The notes under the pieces: generated by a model
The model's database searches: none
What the model was told of the DNA's origin: nothing
The model's input: the letters and a program-made list of their open reading frames with translations, nothing else
Translations under genes and position numbers: made by a program
Shown: positions 30,801-38,552 of the stretch, piece by piece
Layout of the letters: every line of letters begins with the position of its first letter
Position numbering within the stretch: the first letter of the stretch is position 1
Origin: Candidatus Latescibacterota bacterium
GTDB taxonomy: Bacteria > Latescibacterota > UBA2968 > GCA-2709665
Reading direction: 5' to 3'
Length of the DNA: 64,000 bases
Assembly (NCBI GenBank): GCA_965237675.1
Contig: OZ250150.1
Span: 3,968,001 to 4,032,000 of the forward strand

Positions 30801-31126
30801 CTGGGCGCCCCCGTGGCCAATTGGTCTCTGAATTCCTCGGCCAGACGTTTCTTCAGCCGAATGGCGGTCTGATTATCGAGTTTCCCATCCTGCGCAGTGA
30901 GACTCCTGGCGACTCGAAACTCCTCGTGCGGCAAGCGATGCATGCCCACCAGCAGGCGGCAGCAATGTCCCTCCCCACCCTTCCATCTCTCGACATATTC
31001 GTCGATCTTCCGCCATCCACGCAGGTTGAAATAACCCACGCAGAAATCCGCGCGATAAGACACCTCCATAGTCTCCTGGAGCGCAGGAAGAAGTGGCTGC
31101 TCGATATTGTCGAAAATACGTGGCAT
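27743..31126 (-). CDS. PLD-nuclease/SNF2-family helicase fusion
   Basis: HAKLY....D and GSSNLT (PLD), GDVVGLGKT, DESH, SATP, SEGQNLQ, QRAGRVDRIG. Confidence 0.93.
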   Translation of the reverse strand: MPRIFDNIEQPLLPALQETMEVSYRADFCVGYFNLRGWRKIDEYVERWKGGEGHCCRLLVGMHRLPHEEFRVARSLTAQDGKLDNQTAIRLKKRLAEEFRDQLATGAPSNADEAGLRRLSMQIKTKKVVVKLFLRHPLHAKLYMLFRSDPINPKVGYLGSSNLTQSGLSGQGELNVDVMDHDACTKLEKWFEDRWSDRWCVDISEELAQIIDESWAGPRLIPPYHIYVKMAYHLSQEARAGLTEFRIPRDFGNKLLDFQVAAVKIAAHHLNKRGGVIIGDVVGLGKTLMATALARVFEDDYGVETLIICPKNLVPMWEDYREEYRMRARVLSISRATRELPDMRRYRLVVIDESHNLRNREGKRYRAIQEYIAENESKCILLSATPYNKTYQDLSNQIRLFVSDNEDLGIRPERLLREIGETEFIRRHQASVRSLAAFDHSEYTDDWRELMRLYLVRRTRSFIQENYAEMDPAKGRKYLTFEDGTRSYFPVRVPRTVGFNIDKQYARLFDENVVSAINGLELPRYGLANYLTSAADPPPSSTEDRILQDLSRAGRRLMGFCRTNLFKRLESSGHSFQLSVERHVLRNFIFIHAIENGLDLPIGTTDAGLLDPQSFDADPDGAAGDIFEEEEDGDGEVQTQHVLRTEEDFRRHATQVYDAYRERYRRRFRWLSPRHFDETLREALVTDARTLREMLEEFGEWIPSLDAKLAALQKILGDRHPREKVLVFTQFADTVQYLERQLKGGGVERLSGVTGDSTDPTRLAWRFSPKSNEKGGQIAPEEELRVLVATDVLSEGQNLQDCAIVVNYDLPWAIIRLIQRAGRVDRIGQSAPNILCYSFLPAEGIERLIRLRARVRQRLEQNAEVVGTDEAFFEDEDTLAVVDLYNEQTGVLDGDDDSEVDLASYAYQIWRNATTADPPLKKKVEEMPHVVHSSKSGVHTQDREDGVLVYMRTSQGNDALAWMDREGGSVTESQFEILRAAECKPNTPALPRHETHHDLVRKAAERIAKEEKQVGGQLGRPSGARFRTYERLKNHAERVEGTLFDTEQLRRTVGEIYRYPLRQSAVDTLNRQLRSGISDDDLAGLVIEMREDGRLCIIHGEDEPDEPRIICSMGLINYESREKTRNV

Positions 31127-31559
31127 CAGGGAATCTCTCTACAGACTGAGGTCGGAACTGAATTTACCAGCACGGATTCGGCAATACCAGATATAGGCAA
31201 GTATCGCCAACCTGTCAACCGGCCAGTGATACGTCCTCCAACTAAATTAACCATTATTTCGTTGATAACAATGTACTTATGGTCTATCGTGACCGTTTCC
31301 CACATGGTCGGGCGTCCATACGTGCTGCTATTAATTGCGTCGGATGAACGCTGGCCCAGACTAACCATCCGTGTTGTGCAAAATAAAACAGCCATCCAAA
31401 TCGAATTTGGGTGACTGTTGACTACCCTGGAATATCCAAACAATCCAATTTGCTCGTGGTGCGAGGGCTGAATGCCTGAAAACAGTCTACTGAAGCGATC
31501 AATACAATGAATGGAAAAGCGTTCAATCGATCTGTAGATCCCTGGTAACAACAAGATCG

Positions 31560-32117
31560 TTAGCCACTATCGCGTCGTTTCAGGAATTGGATTCCTGAAT
31601 CACTTATCTCCCAGACTCCATGAGGGCTGTCCTTGCGCATTAACCCTCTCTCTTTCAACACATTTCGTGCCCAGGCTGCAGAGTTTTTCAAGCGTGGTAT
31701 ACCTGGAGTAGAGGCGAGGGGTTCGAAGTCAACATCCTGCAACATATCCTTCATTCGTTGGAGGACGCGCTCAAGAACCTCCGACTTTCGCGCCGATCCA
31801 CCCAACTCTCTTAGGGCTTCCAGGATCGGACGATGGTATCGATCCTCGGGAGTTCGTACCCCCGGTTCGAGACCGCCGCCATTAGTGGTCGTCCCCCCTC
31901 CCGGGATCAGTGTCTTCCACTCATTCTTAATCGTCTCGATCCTATCACGGAGGCTTTTCAACTTTTCCGCACGTTTAAGGGCATCTCTGGCCCTCACGTG
32001 GTCACCCTTCTCGAAGGCACGTGCGCCATCTCGGTTCGCGGCCTTTATTTCAGTTTCGATACCTTCCATAACGACGTCGAGCGCAGCCAATACGTTTGAA
32101 CGATTGTCGTCGATCAC
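31560..32117 (-). CDS. Mrr N-terminal (winged-helix) domain protein without catalytic domain
   Basis: RTPEDRYHRPILEALRELGGS...NSAAWARNVLKERGL...GVWEISDSG, preceded by a helical coiled segment. Confidence 0.8.
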   Translation of the reverse strand: MIDDNRSNVLAALDVVMEGIETEIKAANRDGARAFEKGDHVRARDALKRAEKLKSLRDRIETIKNEWKTLIPGGGTTTNGGGLEPGVRTPEDRYHRPILEALRELGGSARKSEVLERVLQRMKDMLQDVDFEPLASTPGIPRLKNSAAWARNVLKERGLMRKDSPHGVWEISDSGIQFLKRRDSG

Positions 32118-32202
32118 TGTAAACTACCTCCCAAGGTTTACGCCAGGAATTATCTGGTCAATTCCCAGGACCGTCAGTTCAACTGTTCAATTGGGCGTAC
32201 GT

Positions 32203-33206
32203 TCATTCCCATTGTCTGCCACTCAGTTTCTGTGCAACGTCCGCCGCGTCGGCAAAGTCTCCGATTTCTTCCTTCAAGTTCACGAACCTTTTACCAAATA
32301 GACCACGTTTTGATGACTTGACATAATTGGTTTCGATCGGGATACCGCAGAAAAATCGGTGGCCTGTTTCGATTTCGTAACCGCACAATTTCTTCGCATC
32401 GCTAATTGCGGTAATAATCCTGCCATCATACTCGTCCGTATCGCGTCCCCGTATCAAGTCTTATCGAGTCGTCGACCGTCGTAGGTTACGTCATAAACAC
32501 TGTCAATTTTCCAGAGTACACGAACTGCTTTGTCTTTGTAAATCCCCACATAGTCATGCCTTCGATACCCATGTTTAGAATGATCGAAATATATACCATG
32601 CTCCCGATTGATATCGAAGCTAATTCCACACGGAACTATCCTCATTAAAAACCGTGATTGATCGACAAGACCGGTTTCATTGCAATAATCGACGTAGTCA
32701 TCAGACAACGCTTGCATTTCGCTTTCATAATCTGCGAATAGTTCGTCAAGTGCGGTGCAAATCGTCTCGTATGTGGTGTTGCAAAAAACAACACCAGGAT
32801 ACTCATTCCTTATGGTTTCTGAAATCCGACGTCTTTCCTCTGAGTCGATGTGTTGCTTAGTCAAGAGCAACAGAATCTGCTGTGACTCGCCTTCAAAACC
32901 TTCTGCGTGACGCAGAAGCTGTTTCTCGCTAAACCCACGATCGATCTTTGATTCAATCAATATCTTGAAGCTCCTCTGTATTATCATACCGTCCGGAACC
33001 GACTTCCTTGCCTTTTTTTGTTGGTTTATTTCAATCCCAATCTCAACGGGTTCGCCAGTGATATCGGTCACGCCCGTGACATCCGTCAGGAATTTTGACG
33101 CACGTGACGCCGAATACTCATAGATTCGTGCCAATAGCTGTAAGGTATTGTTAGTTATCGTGTTTTCAGCTGAAGAATATCGTTGAAAGTAATGTATTTT
33201 GGACAT
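32203..33206 (-). pseudogene. PD-(D/E)XK-like nuclease family protein split by a 1-nt frameshift (or sequencing error)
   Basis: ENTITNN...PDGMI...ILIESK...QL..H; ACT-TGA at ~32455 would read ACT-TTG-ATA with one more T, joining the 250-aa and 84-aa ORFs. Confidence 0.7.
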
Positions 33207-33265
33207 ACGTCTTCCCCTTTCTAGTTGTTTGATTGTCTGGCTGTGCTGCTTAACCCCGAGTCGGT

Positions 33266-33322
33266 CGGCATCTCACCGGACCGGCGACCAGTGCCCGGTC
33301 GGAAGTCAGGGACCTTCATGAG
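33266..33322 (-). pseudogene. Stranded diverged copy of the 3' end of the Gfo/Idh/MocA gene
   Basis: Encodes LMKVPDFRPGTGRRSGEMP versus LMKVPDFQPGPDRPAGEMP in the intact gene; 22-bp exact match 33301-33322 = 34504-34525. Confidence 0.85.
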
Positions 33323-33327
33323 TTTTC

Positions 33328-34293
33328 TTAGAATCTATAAACCGAGATCCGTCGAGTAAAACTTCGAGGATTTCTGGCCGGTCGACTTACGACAACCCTG
33401 CTTGATTTAGACTCTGTAATTGCCATGGGATGCCATAGCGTGAAATCGAGTTCAGGGAGATCAATAGGCGCAACTTCAAGCCCGCCGTGCATACTTAGAA
33501 GATTTACAGACGCTGTGCCAAGTTCCAGTATTCGTCCTTGCTTTGTAACCGAGATTGTCGATTCTTGATCCTGCATATTGAACTTATGGACCAGACCCCT
33601 GGTTTCAAGGCTAAAGGTTTGAATTGACCAGTTAGACACATATTCTTGAACAATGATATTGTCCCTACCATCACGGCATATATCACTTAGGAATAATTCT
33701 TCCCAATATATCTCACGACCCTTAAAAATACCCGTGCTACGAGAAAGACGCGGGCGGTTATCCCCCCACTCCACTACCCTTAGCTCTAAAATCCTTCCGT
33801 CATCATTGGCATCGATTAATTCTGTAAAAAGAAGCTCATCTCGGCTATCGTCATTGAGATCACCAACAGCCACGTGGTGTATTTCATCGAAACGAGAAAC
33901 AATCTGTTTTTCATAACTGTTGGTTGCACGATTTATGTAAAATGCAATAATGTCCGAGAGTTCATTTTCAGGCCCATCGTATCCAAAACCAACAGCAGCG
34001 AAATCAAGTTTACCATCGTTATTGAAATCACCGGCATCAAACCCTCGCCCCAGAAAAAATGTATCTGCATCTTCCCATACCTTGTTAAGCTGAGTTCCCT
34101 CAATTGCATACAACGTTAGTCCAGCTTGTCGCACAGGATTGCGTGAATGTTTCCAGTAACACATTATCTGTCCTGTGTTGTCGTCCATTACCGCTGTGGA
34201 GATACCCAAAAATTCAGGTGATTCGAAATGTTGAATTTGAGCCGACAAAGGCTGAACGAAACTGAAAAGGGCAGCAATTACCAAATGTCTCAT
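33328..34293 (-). CDS. Secreted FG-GAP/VCBS-repeat protein
   Basis: Signal peptide MRHLVIAALFSFVQPLSA; GDFNNDGKLDF, GDLNDDSRDEL, DICRDGRDNI; low GC; GGAGG RBS. Confidence 0.8.
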   Translation of the reverse strand: MRHLVIAALFSFVQPLSAQIQHFESPEFLGISTAVMDDNTGQIMCYWKHSRNPVRQAGLTLYAIEGTQLNKVWEDADTFFLGRGFDAGDFNNDGKLDFAAVGFGYDGPENELSDIIAFYINRATNSYEKQIVSRFDEIHHVAVGDLNDDSRDELLFTELIDANDDGRILELRVVEWGDNRPRLSRSTGIFKGREIYWEELFLSDICRDGRDNIIVQEYVSNWSIQTFSLETRGLVHKFNMQDQESTISVTKQGRILELGTASVNLLSMHGGLEVAPIDLPELDFTLWHPMAITESKSSRVVVSRPARNPRSFTRRISVYRF

Positions 34294-34456
34294 TCTCAAT
34301 CCTCCATCCTTATCACATCGCTTTTACTGAATTTGCGGCCACCGCCATTCCAACAAACATCACGGCCCGCTGTTCTTAACGTGTATCGTCGTGCGCGGTC
34401 TTCCGTACGTTTGAACGACTTGGCGCATAAATATCCTGTTTTTGTGGGCCGCCTCG

Positions 34457-35635
34457 CTACACACCCACCGGCATCTCCCCGGCGGGGCGGTCAGGACCCG
34501 GTTGGAAGTCAGGGACCTTCATGAGCTTGCTGCCTTCGACAATCGAATCGTGCGCCCGGATGGCCGGCGCGATCGTCTCCATCGCCCTGTAAACGTCCAA
34601 CGCCAGCGGCTTGCCCTCCCGCACGGCATCCCTGAAATGCGCGTGAACGTAGTAGTCGGCATCACCGTGGCCGCTGCCCCGGGCCTCTGAAGGCGCATCC
34701 GTGCGCTGATATTGCCAGTCCACCTCCGCCCAGTCGTTCATTTGCGCATCGGCGAACCACACCTTGGGCTTCTCTTTGAGCGACCGCCGCCATTCCATGC
34801 TTCCCTTCGTGCCGATGAACTGCCACCAGTGGTGGTCGCCGTGCGGGCGGGGCTGGGTAAACCCGCACAGCATCCGGATCACGGTGTCCTTTTCCGTCTT
34901 CATCAATGCGACCTGAATATCGGGGCGCGAGATCTGGGGCCAGGCGTAACTCGGCTGCTTCGTACTCATCCCGACCACCTCCACCACCCGGTCGTCCAGG
35001 ACCTTCAACACGACACTCATGTCGTGTGACCCGATACCGCCAATAATCACGGGCAGAGAGTGCAGCACCGTCGGTTCGGCTTCGGGATGGTCGGGCAGCG
35101 CCTCCACGGGATACTGCCGGCCGGTCTTGAAATCCTGGAAATACTGGCGGGTGCCGTACCACCCCACATACTGGCCCTCGGCGTAGGTGATCCTGCCCAG
35201 CCGTCCCTCCGCGACCAACTGCCGCCAGCCCTCTACAACCCCCCAGAACCGCGTCTGCTCCGCCAGGCTGTACACCAGCCCCGTCCGCTCCACATTGGTT
35301 ACAATCCGCCAGCAGTCTGCCATTGTGAACGCCGCCGGCACCTCGGAGTTCACGTGTTTTCCCGCCTCCAGCGCCTGCGCCGCCATCGCCCCCACCTCCT
35401 TCTGCCTCACGCACAGACCAACCGCATCCATTTCATCGTACGTCAGAAAATCTTCGTAATTAGCAAATACCTTCACATCGCCGCCGTAGCGGATCTCCCG
35501 CAGCGCCCGCTCCTGCAGCGGCTCAATCCAGTCGTAGATCGCCGTGATCCGATAACCCGGGACCTCCTGCAACAATCGGATCCAGTTCAGGGCACGATGA
35601 CCCAGCCCGGCGATTCCAATGCGTACCTCATCCAT
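34457..35635 (-). CDS. Gfo/Idh/MocA-family oxidoreductase
   Basis: RIGIAGLGHRA Rossmann fold, ALEAGKHVNSEVP, GRLGRITYAEGQY, GHGDADY. Confidence 0.9.
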   Translation of the reverse strand: MDEVRIGIAGLGHRALNWIRLLQEVPGYRITAIYDWIEPLQERALREIRYGGDVKVFANYEDFLTYDEMDAVGLCVRQKEVGAMAAQALEAGKHVNSEVPAAFTMADCWRIVTNVERTGLVYSLAEQTRFWGVVEGWRQLVAEGRLGRITYAEGQYVGWYGTRQYFQDFKTGRQYPVEALPDHPEAEPTVLHSLPVIIGGIGSHDMSVVLKVLDDRVVEVVGMSTKQPSYAWPQISRPDIQVALMKTEKDTVIRMLCGFTQPRPHGDHHWWQFIGTKGSMEWRRSLKEKPKVWFADAQMNDWAEVDWQYQRTDAPSEARGSGHGDADYYVHAHFRDAVREGKPLALDVYRAMETIAPAIRAHDSIVEGSKLMKVPDFQPGPDRPAGEMPVGV

Positions 35636-35687
35636 TTAGATCCCTCCAGGGTTGCAACTTGACGACCTTTTTTGCACGGGTCCACCC

Positions 35688-36791
35688 TCACCCTGTCCCG
35701 GATACCAGAACCGGACCGACAAACAACGCTTCCGGCAGCAAGCTCGTCGTCGCGCTTGAATGGGCATGGTCGAAGCCATCGGTAGTGACCTGGGCCATCG
35801 CCGTGTAAAATGCGCTTTCTCCGCTGACTCCGCTGCGGTTTCCTCCACTGTGTCCCCGAAGCCACTTCGGATCGACCAACTGCTCGCCCTTCCACTGCCC
35901 CCGTGTCGCCAGCAGATGCCCGAAACGGGCGATATCCGACGGACTCATCACCACCCAGCCCGGACCGCTTCGCACCGGGTATCCGTTGATTTCATAGGGC
36001 GGATCGAGATACGTATACGAATCAGGAATGTCCGGATAAAAGTACTTGCTTTCACTCATAGTCCTTCCCGTATACCAGTCCCAACGCTTTGCCGGAATTC
36101 CGATCTTTCCGAACAGCCGCTCATCCAGCACCTCTTTGAGGTCCCGGCCCCAAACAAATGTCAGGGCCTGGCCCAGCCGCCAAAACCCGGCGCTGCTATA
36201 GCGTTCAACAGTGCCGGGTTCCACGTGGGAATAGATGTCGTAGAAAGGGTCCCCGGTCCAGGTCGCCCACGCAGGACACCGATTTCCCGCCTCCTCTCCC
36301 GGGCGTCCCTGAGGTCCCTTCGCCCATTCGTTTCCCAGTTCCATGGGAAACCCTCCCCGGTGCGTGCCCCCTTCCTTCGGGCCGATGAGGTGGCGCCACG
36401 TGAGCGTTTCGTGGTGTCCCCGGTTAAGAATCTTGTGCGGATGTGAAAGCTCGCCTTCACCGGTCCAGGTCCTGTGGATCGGCTCATCGGGGTGCAGCAT
36501 CCCCTCTTCCACCGCAAATCCGATCAACACCCACATAAACGCCTTGCCCATCGAGGCCGTCTGGAACCGGTAATGCCGGTCACCCCAGGCATGCACCAGG
36601 TACCCTCCGCGTGTGAGCACCGTCCCCCATTTGGTCCCGGTATGGTCCTCGCCGCCAAAAGACGCGCCTCTAATGTCCAATCCTGAGAGGAAGCGGTCGA
36701 ACTTCTCATTATCCAACCCAGCTTCAGCGGGTGTAATCGCGATCCAATCGTCCTGCGGATAGGTCACCCATTCCGGGATTTCACTTGCCAC
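35688..36791 (-). CDS. Serine hydrolase (beta-lactamase class C-like)
   Basis: ASMGK (SxxK), EPGTVERYSS, SPSDIARFGHL...GQWKGEQLV. Confidence 0.82.
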   Translation of the reverse strand: MASEIPEWVTYPQDDWIAITPAEAGLDNEKFDRFLSGLDIRGASFGGEDHTGTKWGTVLTRGGYLVHAWGDRHYRFQTASMGKAFMWVLIGFAVEEGMLHPDEPIHRTWTGEGELSHPHKILNRGHHETLTWRHLIGPKEGGTHRGGFPMELGNEWAKGPQGRPGEEAGNRCPAWATWTGDPFYDIYSHVEPGTVERYSSAGFWRLGQALTFVWGRDLKEVLDERLFGKIGIPAKRWDWYTGRTMSESKYFYPDIPDSYTYLDPPYEINGYPVRSGPGWVVMSPSDIARFGHLLATRGQWKGEQLVDPKWLRGHSGGNRSGVSGESAFYTAMAQVTTDGFDHAHSSATTSLLPEALFVGPVLVSGTG

Positions 36792-36914
36792 CTTTTTGTC
36801 CCCTCCGGTTGAGCTTCACGAGAGTCGGTTTACCACCGGTGTCGATTCCTCCATCGGGCAAACTATGGGCCCTCGCCAGGAATCCGATTCACGCGTTCCA
36901 AAGATTTTATCCGC

Positions 36915-37244
36915 TTAATCCATACGGGGCATCTGCGCCAGTTCCGACACCTCGAGAGATCCGCCAATTTCAAGAAATGGACAGGCTTTCGCGACCTCCA
37001 ACGCCGCATCCATGGATTCCGCTTCGATGATCGTGTATCCGGACATTGTCGTCGAGCCCCCGGCCGTAACAGACCCATCCGGGTTGATCGTCTTCGTATC
37101 TTTGAGCGGATTCGCGGGGCTGATGGCCGAGTCGCCCAGTGAAGACAGCCATTCCATGTATTTCGAAAAATGCCGCTGACCTTCCTCCGGGGTGGACGGC
37201 TCGTTGCCCCCCAGATACACGATAACGAATTGAGGCATCCGCAT
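36915..37244 (-). CDS. YCII-related domain protein
   Basis: SGYTIIEAESMDAALEVAKACP...GGSLEV; AGGAGG RBS. Confidence 0.85.
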   Translation of the reverse strand: MRMPQFVIVYLGGNEPSTPEEGQRHFSKYMEWLSSLGDSAISPANPLKDTKTINPDGSVTAGGSTTMSGYTIIEAESMDAALEVAKACPFLEIGGSLEVSELAQMPRMD

Positions 37245-37295
37245 TCCTCCTTTCTTGACGACGAAACTCCACGAATGGACTACACAAATTCATTC

Positions 37296-37366
37296 ACATG
37301 GATGGACAGGATACAAAGGATTATGTGGTCTTGTGTTTTCATCCTGTCTATCCTGTGTATCCATGT
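37296..37366. repeat. Inverted repeat made of three ~9-bp GGAT-ending units per arm
   Basis: ACATGGAT-GGACAGGAT-ACAAAGGAT (37296-37321), 19-nt spacer, ATCCTGTCT-ATCCTGTGT-ATCCATGT (37341-37366). Confidence 0.8.
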
Positions 37367-37504
37367 TGGCTGCCTTATGCACCCAACGATCCCTGTGCTC
37401 GGGACATTAGTGTTCCGGGTACATTTCCCAGCTATCAATAGAAACGGCCATTCGAACAGGAACGTTAAATGGCCACTGGTTGCGCGGTTCAGGCGGATTT
37501 TAAT

Positions 37505-37580
37505 TGGAGCGGGAAACGGGACTCGAACCCGCGACTTCAAGCTTGGGAAGCTTACGCTCTACCAACTGAGCTATTCCCGC
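37505..37580 (-). tRNA. tRNA-Gly (anticodon CCC)
   Basis: GCGGGAATAGCTCAGTTGGTAGAGCGTAAGCTTCCCAAGCTTGAAGTCGCGGGTTCGAGTCCCGTTTCCCGCTCCA; 76 nt, cloverleaf, encoded CCA. Confidence 0.98.
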
Positions 37581-37595
37581 CCCCGTACATGCTGA

Positions 37596-37624
37596 AATCT
37601 ACCAACTCCCCTCCGGGGTGTCAA
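37596..37624 (-). promoter_or_regulatory. Sigma70 promoter for tRNA-Gly, overlapping the miaA 3' end
   Basis: TTGACA-N17-TAGATT with TG extension, 15 nt upstream of the tRNA. Confidence 0.7.
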
Positions 37625-38552
37625 GGCATTTGAGAATGGCATCGGCCATATCATTTTCGCCCGCCTCGATCCACGTCAGGCGGCTCTCTTTCCGAAACCA
37701 CGTGAGTTGCCGCTTGGCGTAGCGCCTTGTACCCGTCTTGATCTGCGCTGCGGTTTCAGACAGACCCAATTTGCCGTCCAGATGATCGAAAACCTCGCGA
37801 TATCCGAACGTATTCAGCGCATTGAGTTCGCGGCCATAGCCACGACGTCTCAACGCCTGGACCTCTGCGACGAGCCCGGAAGCGAACATCCGGTCCACCC
37901 GCGTTTCGATTCGCCGGTAAAGCCGCGCCCGGTCCATCCCCAGCCCGAACCACTCCGCACGCCAGTTTCTCGGCCGCTGCGGGGGTTGATCGTGAAGCAC
38001 CGAGAGCGGCGTTCCGGTCAGTTCGAAGACCTCCAGTGCGCGCACGACGCGTTTGGTATCGTTGGTGTGCAACCGTCCGGCCGCAACCGGATCGACATCG
38101 TGCAACCTGGCGTAGAGTCCGGCGGGGTCTTTCTTCGCTTCGGCCAAAAGACGTCCACGGACGGCCCGGGGGGTGCGCGGAAGCGGCGAAAAGCCGTCGA
38201 GCACCGCCTTCAGGTAGAGACCTGACCCTCCTACAAGGATGGGGACGCGATTCCGCTCCAGAATCGATTCGATTGCACGTGACGCGTCACCGGCGTAATG
38301 CCCTGCGCTATAGTGCTCATCCGGGCTCACAACGTCGATCATGTGGTGCTTCGCAAGGTCCCGCTCTTCCACCGTGGGTTTGGCCGTGCCGATGTCCATA
38401 TACCGGTAGACCTGCCGAGCGTCGGCGGAGACAACCTCTCCGCCAAGCGTTCTTGCCAGGTCGATGCCAACCCGGGTCTTGCCCGATGCGGTCGGGCCAA
38501 CAACCGCCACGACCCGGTGCGGCCTATCTGCTGAATTGCCGGTCGATTTCAT
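37599..38552 (-). CDS. miaA: tRNA dimethylallyltransferase
   Basis: VGPTASGKT, SADARQVYRYMDIGTAKP, GGSGLY, TRRYAKRQLTWF; follows mutL. Confidence 0.97.
   Translation of the reverse strand: MKSTGNSADRPHRVVAVVGPTASGKTRVGIDLARTLGGEVVSADARQVYRYMDIGTAKPTVEERDLAKHHMIDVVSPDEHYSAGHYAGDASRAIESILERNRVPILVGGSGLYLKAVLDGFSPLPRTPRAVRGRLLAEAKKDPAGLYARLHDVDPVAAGRLHTNDTKRVVRALEVFELTGTPLSVLHDQPPQRPRNWRAEWFGLGMDRARLYRRIETRVDRMFASGLVAEVQALRRRGYGRELNALNTFGYREVFDHLDGKLGLSETAAQIKTGTRRYAKRQLTWFRKESRLTWIEAGENDMADAILKCLDTPEGSW

Noticed and set aside
23372-31126. Calling the locus DISARM, BREX or type I RM
   Set aside because: No DrmA/DrmB/separate DrmC, PglZ/BrxC or HsdS/HsdR genes are recognisable in the window.
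31126-31554. 142-aa minus-strand ORF upstream of the helicase
   Set aside because: TTG start, no RBS or recognisable motif, atypical composition; more likely a promoter region or decayed DNA.
37505-37530. attL/attR pair for a tRNA-integrated prophage or ICE
   Set aside because: No duplicate of the tRNA 3' end found by eye, and no integrase, phage or conjugation genes.
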